In this document: piece by piece, positions 27,395 to 37,633 of the stretch
Position numbering within the stretch: the first letter of the stretch is position 1
How the letters are laid out: the number at the start of each line of letters is the position of its first letter
Translations under genes and position numbers: made by a program
Notes under the pieces: generated by a model
Seen by the model: only the letters and a program-made list of their open reading frames with translations
What the model was told of the DNA's origin: nothing
The model's database searches: none
NCBI GenBank assembly: GCA_951812575.1
Contig: OX638322.1
Span: 710,850-774,849 of the forward strand
Source of the DNA: Candidatus Binatia bacterium
GTDB taxonomy: Bacteria; Desulfobacterota; Binatia; Bin18
DNA: 64,000 nt
Reading direction: 5' to 3'

Positions 27395-28789
27395 TCAGAA
27401 ATGCTTGAGCGCGGCCTTGCCGATCGGAAAGACGTTGAAACCCAACTCAAACAGCCGCTGGTGGTCCAGGATGTTGCGACCGTCGAAGAGGAAGGCCGGT
27501 TGCTCCATGGACGCAAAAATACGAGCGTAATCAAGTTGGCGATACACATCCCACTCGGTCAGAATTGCCAGAGCGTGTGCCCCCTCCGCCGCGGTATAGG
27601 GGTCGGATTCAAAGTGCACTCGGTCTCCCATATCCGTCAGATCATCCCGTGCATTGGCGAGCGCCTGCGGGTCGGTCACAACAACCTCGGCCCGTTCTTC
27701 GGCAAGACCACGCGCAATATAAATGGCCGGGGATTCACGCGTGTCTCCGGTGTTAGCCTTAAAGGCAAAACCCAGCAAGGCAATGCGTTTCCCAGCCACC
27801 GTGTTGAACATACTTTCAAGGATGGTCCGTACAAAGCGGCTCTCCTGCCACTCGTTAATTTTGACGACCGACTCCCAGTACGCGGCGACCTCGCCGAGAC
27901 CGTAGCTGTGGCAGATGTAGACGAGGTTGAGAATGTCCTTCTTAAAACACGACCCACCAAAACCGACACTCGCCTTCAAGAACTTTGGCCCAATACGCGA
28001 ATCTTTGCCAATTGCGTAGGCGACTTCATCCACGTCAGCCTCTGTTTTTTCACACAGGGCGGAAATCGCATTAATGGAAGAGATACGCTGGGCCAAAAAG
28101 GCGTTCGCCGCCAGTTTTGACAGCTCCGAACTCCACACGTTCGACTCAATAATATTCTCTCTCGGCACCCAGTTGGCGTAAATATCGACAATGGCCCTCC
28201 TGGCTGTGATTCCCTCGGGCGTTTCTTTCGACCCAATCAGGACACGGTCGGGCGCTTCCAGGTCGGTGATGGCGCTGCCCTCGGCCAGAAATTCCGGGTT
28301 GGAGAGCACCTCAAAACGGATATTCTTCGTATTGGCGTTGAGGATGCGCTCCATCGCCTCAGCGGTCCGGACCGGCAGCGTCGATTTTTCCACCACAATC
28401 TTGTTGCGATCGGCGTGCTCAAGAATCTGGCGTGCGGTTTTTTCCCAGTATTGTAAATCCGCCGCTCTCCCTGCCCCCTGACCAAAGGTTTTCGTGGGGG
28501 TATTGACCGAGACAAAGATAATATCGGCGTCACGGATACCCTGCTCGACCTGGGTCGAAAAAAAAAGATTGCGGCCCCGCGCCTGCCGCACCACCTCGTC
28601 GAGACCGGGCTCATAGATCGGCAGCTGGTCACTCTGCCAGGCCGCAATACGGGCGTGGTTGATGTCAACAACGGTCACCTTGTAGTGTGGACAGCGGGCG
28701 GCGATCATGGCCATGGTTGGCCCGCCGACATAGCCCGCCCCGATACACAGAATATCCTTGGCGAATCCCACAACGTCTCCTTCGCGCAC
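27395..28789 (-). CDS. ugd: UDP-glucose 6-dehydrogenase
   Basis: [29 protein letters not shown] (catalytic Cys), [15 protein letters not shown]. Confidence 0.9.
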   Translation of the reverse strand: MREGDVVGFAKDILCIGAGYVGGPTMAMIAARCPHYKVTVVDINHARIAAWQSDQLPIYEPGLDEVVRQARGRNLFFSTQVEQGIRDADIIFVSVNTPTKTFGQGAGRAADLQYWEKTARQILEHADRNKIVVEKSTLPVRTAEAMERILNANTKNIRFEVLSNPEFLAEGSAITDLEAPDRVLIGSKETPEGITARRAIVDIYANWVPRENIIESNVWSSELSKLAANAFLAQRISSINAISALCEKTEADVDEVAYAIGKDSRIGPKFLKASVGFGGSCFKKDILNLVYICHSYGLGEVAAYWESVVKINEWQESRFVRTILESMFNTVAGKRIALLGFAFKANTGDTRESPAIYIARGLAEERAEVVVTDPQALANARDDLTDMGDRVHFESDPYTAAEGAHALAILTEWDVYRQLDYARIFASMEQPAFLFDGRNILDHQRLFELGFNVFPIGKAALKHF

Positions 28790-28826
28790 AAAAAATAAAG
28801 GGAGCCTGCACTGAGGCTCCCTTTTA
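28790..28826 (-). terminator. Rho-independent terminator after the 28847..29956 LLM gene
   Basis: Minus strand: AAGGGAGCC-tcagtgca-GGCTCCCTT, followed by ATTTTTTGTG. Confidence 0.7.
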
Positions 28827-28846
28827 TAATACCGGATGCAACGTTG

Positions 28847-29956
28847 CTACTTGGCCGGGATGTGGGACACGTTCGCACCAACCGTGACAGGGGGCCCTTG
28901 GCTTTGGAGCGTGGGCAGGACCTCAGACGCGAATAGTTGCATATTCCGCTCGGTCTGCTCAGGCGGCATCCCCCCATAGCTGAAGACCGCAATCAAATGA
29001 TCGAAGCCGACTTTTTCTTGCATGGCATGAATTTGGGCGATGCACTGATCCGGGGTTCCAGCTACTTGGAGATTGATAAAATCCTGCACGCCTTGCTCAG
29101 GTGTTGTGGTCTTTGCATTATCAGCAATCACCCCATAGTGCTCATAGCCCTTGACCTGCTTGAGGTGTCCGTCTGAGAAGTTATAGTGGGCATCGGCCGA
29201 CCCCCAGTAACCACCCATGTGTTGGGTTGCGCCTTCATGCGCCTCTTTCTCAGTCTCCCCAACATAGACAAAGCTGGCAACAATAGGCGGGACTGGTTCT
29301 TTACCCGCCGCCCGAATGATCTCGTCATGCCGCTGAACGTCTTTCGCTACCGCATCCCAGCCGTGCAGCGGAACCGCAACCAACACGCCTAATCCCAGCT
29401 GGGCCATACGCTCAGCCGTATCCGGGCTGACCGCCGCACCATACAGGCGCTGTTCCGGGTGGGAAAAGGGTCGCGGGCGTATGCTCGTCTCAGGAATTTG
29501 AAAAAACTTGCCCTGGTGCGAAAAACGTTCATTGGATAATGCTTTGACTACCACCTCGGCGGCTTCGACAAAACGATCGCGAGATTCTTCCATGGGAACG
29601 CGGAAGCCATCATACTCTACCGTTGCAGCTCCACGGCCAAAGCCGATGGTGATACGACCGTTGGACAAGAGGTCAAGCATGGCAATCTCTTCAGCCACCC
29701 GCACCGGGTCGTGCCAGGGTAAGACAATCACCATTGTTCCCAGTTCAATCTTTTGCGTTCGCCCGGCCATATAGGTCAGAAATTGGGTGACATTGGGCAC
29801 CATGGTATAGGGCGTAAAATGGTGCTCGACACTCCATAATGAGTCAAAGCCCAGGTTTTCAGCCTGGTCCGCCAGACGGAGGTCATTCTTGTAGACTTCG
29901 TAGTCCGACCACCGCTCGCCCGTGTTCTGCATAAAAACCGACATACCAACTTTCAT
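28847..29956 (-). CDS. LLM-class flavin-dependent oxidoreductase
   Basis: NLGFDSLWSVEHHFTPYTMVPN…ITIGFGRGAATVEYDGF. Paralog of 57116..58216. Confidence 0.8.
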   Translation of the reverse strand: MKVGMSVFMQNTGERWSDYEVYKNDLRLADQAENLGFDSLWSVEHHFTPYTMVPNVTQFLTYMAGRTQKIELGTMVIVLPWHDPVRVAEEIAMLDLLSNGRITIGFGRGAATVEYDGFRVPMEESRDRFVEAAEVVVKALSNERFSHQGKFFQIPETSIRPRPFSHPEQRLYGAAVSPDTAERMAQLGLGVLVAVPLHGWDAVAKDVQRHDEIIRAAGKEPVPPIVASFVYVGETEKEAHEGATQHMGGYWGSADAHYNFSDGHLKQVKGYEHYGVIADNAKTTTPEQGVQDFINLQVAGTPDQCIAQIHAMQEKVGFDHLIAVFSYGGMPPEQTERNMQLFASEVLPTLQSQGPPVTVGANVSHIPAK

Positions 29957-30114
29957 GACAACCCTCCTTCCATGCGTGTCCGTTCGTTTATCCCCTTGCC
30001 TCTCCCGCTCATCACAGGCGAGAGGCGTTTTTTCTCCTTGTGGCTGCTTTGAGGGAGAAATGCAAGAGAAAAGGGAAAACAGAGGCGGGCAATACGGCCG
30101 TGGGGCTGTCCGTC

Positions 30115-31593
30115 CTAACGGTCTACAGAAACCACGTCTGGTTCACGCCGGGCAGTATCGTTCTGGCGGCGACCGAGCTCGGCCAGGACCTCAAGATGTC
30201 GGGCCCGCGTCATTTGATACCGGGATAAAAAGACCAGCGCACACAGAAAGAGCACCATTAACCCCGGGCCAACGGCAAGACCCAGAGTGAAAACCTGAGA
30301 GGCCGCAACCGTTCCGGGTGCGGCCATGGTCGGAAACTGGATGAGGTCGAGGGCCACGCCTGCCAGAAACCCGCCGATGCCGGACGCGGCCTTCGCACAA
30401 AAAGTGATCGTCGAGAAAAAGACCCCCTCTTGGCGTTTTCCGGTCACAATTTCATTTTCGTCCACGCTATCGGCAATCATGGAAGGAATCAGGATATCGA
30501 TGGCAACCACTGCGGTCACCAGGAGGATGACATGGCCGGCGATAAGGGACAGCAGACTCGGATGCCCGTTTTCAGGCAGCAGGTCGAGCAGGCGCAAAAA
30601 AATCAGGAGAGGCCCAAAAAAGATGGCAAAGGCGGCTAAACCGAGCACGACCTGTCTTTTATCAAATCGTTCCGTCAGCGGACGAGTCAGACAAAAGGCA
30701 ATAAGGGCGGAGAGAAACAGGCCGAAGGTCAGGAGACCGATTTCCTTGGTTGAGAATCCCCAGAAATAGGTGTTCATATACAGCCACATCACGTCATTAA
30801 ACCCCCGCCCCCCAGCGGCAAACAAGGAGCCAATGACCAGCATCCGATAGGAGCGATTAGAGAATGCCGCCCGCAGCTCGCCGGCAAAGCGCCCGAGCGT
30901 CAACTTCCGTTTTGCCGACGGACTCCGCAGACTCGGAATCAGCCCATGCGTCCCAAGCGCGCAGGCCAGAATGGTCGTGAGCATCATCCCGGCACAGACC
31001 AGCGCAAATCCCTCATACGCTCCGGGATTCAGGCGGCCATCGGCAAACGTCTCGGAGGGCGCAAAGAAATAAAAATATCCCATAACAGACGCGGTCAGGC
31101 CGCCGGACCAGCCAAACAACAGGCGATAGCTCACCAGAGAAGTCCGCTCATCATAGTCGGGCGAGAGCTCTGGGAGCATGGCTCCGCTCGGCACCGCGTA
31201 GAACGTCATGGCGACGCGCACCCCAAACGCAAAGGTGCATAACCACACGAAGAGTCCGATCTGGCCCAGCTCAGGCGGTGTAAACAAGAGAAAGAAACAC
31301 ACCGCCATGGGCAGCGCGGACAAATACATAAACGGATGGCGGCGTCCCCAGCGCGAATGAAAATTGTCGGAAATCGAGCCCACCAAGGGATCGGTAATCG
31401 CGTCGATGCACAGCGCAATAAAGATCGCGATGCCGCTTAAGGTTCCCGAGAGGCCAAGGACTTGGTTGTAATAGAAGAGCAGAAAAACATTGAAGACCGT
31501 ATTTTTCGTGCCTTCGGAAACTGATCCAACACCGTAAAAGAGTTTGGTGGCAAACCGGACCTGAGCGGATTGTGGCGCGGCTGAAGCAGGCAT
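30115..31593 (-). CDS. MFS transporter, glycoside-pentoside-hexuronide (GPH) symporter-like
   Basis: 492 aa with about 12 hydrophobic segments. N-terminal LFYGVGSVSEGTKNTVFNVFLLFYYNQVLGL and DNFHSRWGRRHPF are typical of the GPH/MelB family. Confidence 0.75.
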   Translation of the reverse strand: MPASAAPQSAQVRFATKLFYGVGSVSEGTKNTVFNVFLLFYYNQVLGLSGTLSGIAIFIALCIDAITDPLVGSISDNFHSRWGRRHPFMYLSALPMAVCFFLLFTPPELGQIGLFVWLCTFAFGVRVAMTFYAVPSGAMLPELSPDYDERTSLVSYRLLFGWSGGLTASVMGYFYFFAPSETFADGRLNPGAYEGFALVCAGMMLTTILACALGTHGLIPSLRSPSAKRKLTLGRFAGELRAAFSNRSYRMLVIGSLFAAGGRGFNDVMWLYMNTYFWGFSTKEIGLLTFGLFLSALIAFCLTRPLTERFDKRQVVLGLAAFAIFFGPLLIFLRLLDLLPENGHPSLLSLIAGHVILLVTAVVAIDILIPSMIADSVDENEIVTGKRQEGVFFSTITFCAKAASGIGGFLAGVALDLIQFPTMAAPGTVAASQVFTLGLAVGPGLMVLFLCALVFLSRYQMTRARHLEVLAELGRRQNDTARREPDVVSVDR

Positions 31594-31743
31594 AAAGGCA
31601 AGAGTGTAGCGGGAGAGGGAACGAGGCGGAATGGGGGCAGGCAGGACCTCAGAAACGACTCATCTGGGAACTACTCGAACCGTAAGCCGTGCAAATTTGG
31701 CTGCGACTAGATTTTCTGGAAATCCTGAGCTGTATCTTTCAGG

Positions 31744-31824
31744 TCAATGCCGCAGAGCCTGACCGACAATATAGACCAGAGCCCCAACAAAGAAAGTGAC
31801 GGTGAGGACAACAAGAATTTCCAT
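31744..31824 (-). CDS. Putative 26-aa hydrophobic micro-protein
   Basis: Manual: ATG 31824 starts 1 nt after the upstream TGA. MEILVVLTVTFFVGALVYIVGQALRH* is a single TM-like helix. Too short for the track. Speculative. Confidence 0.25.
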   Translation of the reverse strand: MEILVVLTVTFFVGALVYIVGQALRH

Positions 31825-31825
31825 C

Positions 31826-32053
31826 TCACAGCTCCCTGAGTCGTCTTATGTCGCTGAGGATCTTCCGATTGATTAAGATGAGAACGATTATCAAAATGGT
31901 GATGAGAAGAAAATCGGCATAAACAAGCAGCTTTTCTGCTGAATTATAATTTTGTACAAGCCAACTAATTAACCCAACTGTTATTGCCAGGATCAACGCG
32001 AATATGGCTTTTAGATAACCGATAAATTCCTTAATTTCATCGACTCCTGACAT
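31826..32053 (-). CDS. Small two-TM membrane protein in an AT-rich islet
   Basis: 75 aa: …IFALILAITVGLISWLV…LLVYADFLLITILIIVLILI… The DNA is far more AT-rich than the flanks. Confidence 0.5.
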   Translation of the reverse strand: MSGVDEIKEFIGYLKAIFALILAITVGLISWLVQNYNSAEKLLVYADFLLITILIIVLILINRKILSDIRRLREL

Positions 32054-32101
32054 AGCGTTTAATGCCCTTCAGGAGATTCGTCAATATCAGGATTATTATT
32101 A

Positions 32102-33817
32102 CTATACTCCGTCCACCAAGCGCAGACTCCGCAGCCGATTGAATGCCGCTGCGATTTCGAACCGCCGCGCGCGAGCACGGTCACCGAAGTCTCGGTCGGT
32201 GAGAGCGTCCAGACTATCTTTCTCTATCTCGGCATCAATTCGGTCGAGCAGCTCGGGAATGGTCTTCTTCCCGTCACACAGCCCGCGGGCGCATTGTAGC
32301 AACACATCCCCGATCATGCGGCATTGGGCGGCATCGACCAGTTGGTACAGGAGGGAAACATCGATCTCTTCACTCCCGAACTCAATCGCGCGAGTTTTGA
32401 CGCTTCGGACGCGCTCTTGTTTGCGCCCACGCCTTGGATCGAGGCTGCGTGGGTCGGGCCTGCGCAGGCGCGATTCAGGCCAAGGCCCTGGGGCTTGGGG
32501 ACTGGAGGTTTTTTGTGGCAACTGGTAGGCAACTTCGCGCGCCCACTGCGTCACATCCTGCGGTCGGTATTCGTCCATCTGGATAACCGTGTCAGCCACA
32601 TCGAGGTAGTCTCCGGCTCCCCCAACAACGAGGACCGACGAGATATGTTTTTCTTCCCACAACTGACGGACCCGATCGAGATAGGGCGTAATCGGTTCTT
32701 TTTCACTCGGCACCAGACGACGCATGCGCGCGTCGCGGATCATGAAATTCGTCGCTGCGGTGTCTTCATCGATCAGCAGCGCGGTTGCCCCGGCTTCCAG
32801 CGCTTCAACAATGGCCGCGGCCTGAGAGGTGCTACCCGAGGCATCCGCAGTATCGAACCAGTCCGTTCGACGACCCAAGGGGAGCGCATTGATAAATGGC
32901 CGCAGATCGACCCCTCGCACCGAACGTCCGTCTTCCGCCCGAATGCTCACCGCACTCGCGGCGGAAACACAGCGGTCTCGACCATCGCCCGGGATGTGGT
33001 CATACACGCCGTTGGCCAGCGCTGAGAGCAGGGTCGATTTGCCGTGATAGCCGCCTCCGGCAATCAGCGTCACACCAGCCCGGAGACCGAGACCGCGCAG
33101 CCGTCCCGCATGCGGGGCGTGGAGTTCAGACGCAAGCGCTTGGGGCACATCAAGTGGAATAGCCGCATCCATGGGTCGATCGTCCGCTCCACTCCGGCGG
33201 GGCAAAATACTGCCTTCCGCCAAGAAAGCGACCAAGCCGTTGTCGGACAGTTGTTGCCGCAGCGCCACTTGGTCTTCGATACAATGAACGTGACGCTGTA
33301 GGGTATTGGGCTCTACTGCATCAAAGACACGATCAAGGACTTCGGGCAATCGCTGGGTGAGCAGTTGAGCCGCTTCACGCCCCAGGATGCGTCGCCCTGC
33401 GGCAGGCAAGCCCACGCTCAGCCGGACTCGCAGGTCGCCGTTGGGCCGGACCAGAACGGCGGTTCGCTCAAGCACCTGTTGACCCACCGGCATGATTTCG
33501 AGCAGACCGCTTTTGCCGGAGCCGAGTTTGCCTCGGCTGACGGACAGCGAGCGAAGAAGAGCCCGATGCACAAAGTCGGCGCTCGCCCGTCGCGCCGTAG
33601 CTCCAGCGTATGACCAGGCGGGCAGTGCGGCCCGGCCGATCGGAATATCGATCCGCACGCGACTCGGCGACGCAAAGGGGTCACCCTGGATATGGTCAAA
33701 CCTCAATCCATACGGACCAAGGGCGTATGCTTGCCCGCGCAGGTCTTTGTAAAATCCATAGGGACGTCCGTCGATACGTCTGAGATCACTCTCTAATACG
33801 CCGTGGGGTCCAGCCAT
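32102..33817 (-). CDS. ABC-ATPase domain protein (COG3044 / PF09818-type)
   Basis: N-terminus LRRIDGRPYGFYKDLRGQAYALGPYGLRFDHIQGDPFASPSRVRIDI is characteristic. Walker A is IAGGGYHGKSTLL and Walker B LLIDEDTAATNFM. Confidence 0.75.
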   Translation of the reverse strand: MAGPHGVLESDLRRIDGRPYGFYKDLRGQAYALGPYGLRFDHIQGDPFASPSRVRIDIPIGRAALPAWSYAGATARRASADFVHRALLRSLSVSRGKLGSGKSGLLEIMPVGQQVLERTAVLVRPNGDLRVRLSVGLPAAGRRILGREAAQLLTQRLPEVLDRVFDAVEPNTLQRHVHCIEDQVALRQQLSDNGLVAFLAEGSILPRRSGADDRPMDAAIPLDVPQALASELHAPHAGRLRGLGLRAGVTLIAGGGYHGKSTLLSALANGVYDHIPGDGRDRCVSAASAVSIRAEDGRSVRGVDLRPFINALPLGRRTDWFDTADASGSTSQAAAIVEALEAGATALLIDEDTAATNFMIRDARMRRLVPSEKEPITPYLDRVRQLWEEKHISSVLVVGGAGDYLDVADTVIQMDEYRPQDVTQWAREVAYQLPQKTSSPQAPGPWPESRLRRPDPRSLDPRRGRKQERVRSVKTRAIEFGSEEIDVSLLYQLVDAAQCRMIGDVLLQCARGLCDGKKTIPELLDRIDAEIEKDSLDALTDRDFGDRARARRFEIAAAFNRLRSLRLVDGV

Positions 33818-33920
33818 CTGCCTCCCTCCTCACCCAACGTCCACAGGCATCCAGTAAAAATAAGCAAAGAACACGGACAGATGTCTCCGTGTTTCAGCAT
33901 TCCCTGTCGCGTCCGTGCCC

Positions 33921-33953
33921 AAAAAAGAAGGGCGCCGATAACAGCGCCCTTCT
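33921..33953 (-). terminator. Rho-independent terminator after D-aminoacylase copy 1
   Basis: Minus strand: AGAAGGGCGC-tgttatcg-GCGCCCTTCT, followed by TTTTTT. Confidence 0.75.
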
Positions 33954-34005
33954 CTCTTTGTCAGCTCTCATCCCAGGACCATGGTCCCAGGCTGATCTTC
34001 TGCTC

Positions 34006-35697
34006 TTAGCCTCCGTGCCGGAGCAACTTGCCGGGAATATTACCCGTATTCTCGTCATTCTCCAGCGTCATCTCGCCGTTCACCAGAACCGCCCGGTAGC
34101 CTTTGGCCTTTTGCACTCGCCGCCATTCTTTGCCCGGCAGATCATGCACCACCTCTGTGGGCAGGATTTCCAGGTTGTCGTAGTCGTAGACCACGATATC
34201 GGCGGGCGCACCTTCGCGCAGGACGCCACGATCCTTAAAGCCCGCACAGGCTGCCGGCTGGGCACTCAGCCGCCAATGCGCCTCTTCCAGGCTCATCATA
34301 TTCATCTCACGGACCATCCGGGTGATGGATTCCGTGGAATAGCGACCGCCGCAGAAGAACTTGGTGTGGGCGCCACCGTCCGAGACCCCCAGCAGCGTGG
34401 AGTCGTTGACGAGTTCTTTGAGAAACTCATTCTTCTCACCAACCGCAGGCGAATAGAAGGTCGTGGCCATATCGTCGGCAACCGCCAGGTCAAGCATGGC
34501 ATCCACGGGATGCTTGCCTTCCTTCTCACCCGCTTCACGCAGGGTCAGATTCTCCAGGTGCTTCATGTCTGCACGCTTCACCTCAAGAATGATGACGTCG
34601 TCAAACGAGGCCGTGACCGCACCAGTCGGATCGTTCTTTAAGCTGGCGCGCCGGGTCGGGTCCGCCAACTTCGACTTCCGCTCTTCTACGGTGCCCATCG
34701 TCGCTTCCCGCCAGGCCGGATCATCGTCCCACAAATTCCAGTCATGAAAGGTGAAGGTAAAGCCAGCGCTGGTCGAGACCAACTGACCGTAGATGCGCAG
34801 GCCCTTTTGGCGACAGCGTTCGATCCAGGCTAACAGATTCCGGTGCCGGCTCGGGTCGGAATCCAGGGCTTGGATGGCGTTGTACAGAATCGGCCGCCCA
34901 CTGGCCAAAGCCAGCTCTTCGTAATTCTTCTCGATCTCCTTGAAGCCGGATACACTCGGGATAAGGGACATCTGGATGAAGCCCTCATTCCGTTCGGATA
35001 AGACTTTCGCGAATTCGACACAGGTTTCCTGGTGCATGATATCGGTCGGCATGGGCGTGCCGTCATAGTCACACTGTACGCTGTCTTCCCCAAAGCGTTG
35101 GGCTGACCAGCCACAGCCACCCGCCGCCATGCCTTCATGTAAGAGCTGCACCATCTTCTTGTGTTCATCATCCGTCGGCATCCGGCCCGATTTGGCCTCT
35201 TCGCGGCCCATCACCCACACCATTAACGGCGCAATGGGCACATACGGCAGGATGTTCAAGCCTTTGGGCGTGCGCTCGACACTGTCCAGGAATTCCGGGA
35301 AGGTGACCCAGTCCCAGGGCATCCCGGCCTTCATTGAGTCGTACGGAATCGCTTCGGTCCGGGTCATGGTGAGCATCGCCCGTTCCTGATCTTCAGGCGC
35401 CACTGGGGCAAAGCCGAAGCCACAGTTGCCGATCACCACGGAAGTAATGCCGTGCCAGCCGGAAATCGTCAGATACGGGTCCCAAAACAACTGTGCATCA
35501 TAGTGGGTATGTAAATCAATAAATCCCGGCACCACCATATGCCCTTCGGCATCGAGCGTCTTGGTGCCTTGGTGGGCCTGAATACGGCCAATCTTCGCAA
35601 TTTTGCCGTCTTTGACACCAATATCGCCTCGGTAACGCGGCAGTCGCGTCCCATCGATAATCATTCCATCTTTGACAACCAGATCATATTCTGGCAT
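34006..35697 (-). CDS. D-aminoacylase / N-acyl-D-amino-acid deacylase-family amidohydrolase (copy 1)
   Basis: From ATG 35697: MPEYDLVVKDGMIIDGTRLPRYRGDIGVKDGKIAKIG…VVPGFIDLHTHYD (metal-binding HxH). The C-terminal beta-barrel segment is present. Confidence 0.8.
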   Translation of the reverse strand: MPEYDLVVKDGMIIDGTRLPRYRGDIGVKDGKIAKIGRIQAHQGTKTLDAEGHMVVPGFIDLHTHYDAQLFWDPYLTISGWHGITSVVIGNCGFGFAPVAPEDQERAMLTMTRTEAIPYDSMKAGMPWDWVTFPEFLDSVERTPKGLNILPYVPIAPLMVWVMGREEAKSGRMPTDDEHKKMVQLLHEGMAAGGCGWSAQRFGEDSVQCDYDGTPMPTDIMHQETCVEFAKVLSERNEGFIQMSLIPSVSGFKEIEKNYEELALASGRPILYNAIQALDSDPSRHRNLLAWIERCRQKGLRIYGQLVSTSAGFTFTFHDWNLWDDDPAWREATMGTVEERKSKLADPTRRASLKNDPTGAVTASFDDVIILEVKRADMKHLENLTLREAGEKEGKHPVDAMLDLAVADDMATTFYSPAVGEKNEFLKELVNDSTLLGVSDGGAHTKFFCGGRYSTESITRMVREMNMMSLEEAHWRLSAQPAACAGFKDRGVLREGAPADIVVYDYDNLEILPTEVVHDLPGKEWRRVQKAKGYRAVLVNGEMTLENDENTGNIPGKLLRHGG

Positions 35698-35938
35698 AGC
35701 GCCCCTCCTTAAAGGCTTAAGATTTTTGCTCGCGGTCCGGTAGAGTGAACCGCGGTTCACTCGGTGTATATGGCGAAAAACAGTTTAGCGCAAGAGTCTT
35801 GCGCAGGGAATATTGGAAGGAGAGAGCAGATTAACACTCCCCTTTAAAGTCTCCACAGAGAAGGGCGCCGGTAACAGCGCCCTTCTCTCTTCGTCAGCTC
35901 TTAGCCTAGAGCCGTGACCCCAGGCTGGTCTTCTGCTC

Positions 35939-37633
35939 TTAGCCTCCGTGCCGGAGCAACTTGCCGGGAATGTTACCCGTGTTCTCGTCATTCTCCAGCG
36001 TCATCTCACCGTTCACCAGAACCGCGCGGTAGCCTTTGGCCTTTTGCACCCGCCGCCATTCCTTGCCCGGCAGATCGTGGGCCACTTCCATCGGCAAGGT
36101 TTCCAGGTTGTCGTAGTCGTAGACCACGATATCGGCCGGGGCGCCTTCCCGCAGCACGCCGCGGTCCTTGAAGCCCGCGCAGGCCGCCGGCATCGCACTC
36201 AACCGCCAGTGGACCTCTTCCAGGCTCATCATGTTCAAGTCACGGACTATGCGCGTAATCGCTTCCGTGGAATAGCGTCCGCCGCAGAAGAACTTGGTGT
36301 GGGCGCCACCGTCCGAGACCCCCAGCAGCGAGGACTCCGGAGTGACGAGTTCCTGGAGGTATTCATCGTTCGAGCCCACGGACGGGGTGAAGAAGGTCGT
36401 CTCCATGTTATCGGCCAGGGCCAAATCGAGCATGGCATCCACGGGATGCTTGCCTTCCTTCTCGCCCGCTTCACGCAGGGTCAGATTCTCCAGGTGCTTC
36501 ATGTCTGCGCGCTTTACATCAAGAATAATGACATCGTCAAACGAACTGGTGACCGCACCGGTGGGGTCATTCTTTAAGGCCGGCCGACGGGTCGGGTCCG
36601 CCAGCTTCGACTTCCGTTCTTCCACCGTCCCCAGCGTCGCTTCCCGCCAGGCCGGATCATCGTCCCACAAATTCCAGTCGGTAAAGGTAAAGGTAAAACC
36701 GGCGTCGGTTGAGATCGTCTGGCCGTAGATGCGCAGGCCCTTTTGGCGGCAGCGTTCGATCCAGGCTAACAGATTCCGGTGACGGCTCGGGTCGGCGTCC
36801 TGGACCTGGATGACGTTATACAGAATCGGCCGCCCACTCACCTGGGCCAGTTCTTCGTAGTGGCTCTCAATGACTTCCATCGGCGCCACACTGGGGATGA
36901 GCGACATCTGGATGAAGCCCTCGTTGCGATCGCCTAACACCTTGGCAAGTTCCAGGCAGGTTTCGTTGTGCATGATGTCGGTCGGCATGGGCGTGCCGTC
37001 GTAATCACACTGTACGCTGTCTTCCCCAAAGCGTTGGGCCGACCAGCCACAACCACCCGCGTCCATGCCTTCGTGCAGTAATCGCACCATCTCCCGGTGT
37101 TCATCGTCCGTCGGCATCCGGCCCGACTTCGCCTCCTCACGGCCCATCACCCACACCATTAACGGCGCAATCGGCATATACGGCAGGATGTTGAGACCTT
37201 TGGGCGTGCGCTCGACACTGTCCAGAAACTCCGGAAACGTCACCCAGTCCCAGGGCATCCCGGCCTTCATTGAATCGTACGGAATCGCTTCGGTCCGGGT
37301 CATGGTGAGCATCGCCCGCTCCTGATCCTCGGGCGGGACTGGGGCAAAGCCAAATCCGCAGTTCCCGATCACCACGGAGGTGATGCCATGCCAGCCGGAA
37401 ATCGTCAGATACGGGTCCCAAAACAACTGCGCGTCGTAATGGGTGTGCAGATCGATAAAGCCCGGCACCACCATATGCCCTTCGGCGTCCAGAGTTTTCG
37501 TCCCCTGGTGCGATTGCAGGCGGCCGATCTTGGCAATCTTGCCGTCTTTGACGCCAATGTCCCCCCTATAACGCGGCAGTCGCGTCCCATCGATGACCAT
37601 TCCATCTTTGATCACGAGATCATATTCCGGCAT
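35939..37633 (-). CDS. D-aminoacylase-family amidohydrolase (copy 2)
   Basis: 564 aa, collinear with copy 1 with scattered substitutions (roughly 85-90% identity by eye). Same HxH motif. Confidence 0.8.
   Translation of the reverse strand: MPEYDLVIKDGMVIDGTRLPRYRGDIGVKDGKIAKIGRLQSHQGTKTLDAEGHMVVPGFIDLHTHYDAQLFWDPYLTISGWHGITSVVIGNCGFGFAPVPPEDQERAMLTMTRTEAIPYDSMKAGMPWDWVTFPEFLDSVERTPKGLNILPYMPIAPLMVWVMGREEAKSGRMPTDDEHREMVRLLHEGMDAGGCGWSAQRFGEDSVQCDYDGTPMPTDIMHNETCLELAKVLGDRNEGFIQMSLIPSVAPMEVIESHYEELAQVSGRPILYNVIQVQDADPSRHRNLLAWIERCRQKGLRIYGQTISTDAGFTFTFTDWNLWDDDPAWREATLGTVEERKSKLADPTRRPALKNDPTGAVTSSFDDVIILDVKRADMKHLENLTLREAGEKEGKHPVDAMLDLALADNMETTFFTPSVGSNDEYLQELVTPESSLLGVSDGGAHTKFFCGGRYSTEAITRIVRDLNMMSLEEVHWRLSAMPAACAGFKDRGVLREGAPADIVVYDYDNLETLPMEVAHDLPGKEWRRVQKAKGYRAVLVNGEMTLENDENTGNIPGKLLRHGG

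Noticed and set aside
28556-28567. A9/T9 homopolymer inside ugd as a phase-variation switch
   Set aside because: The frame is intact (…[10 protein letters not shown]…) in an essential-type housekeeping enzyme. A single tract without other evidence is not a contingency locus.
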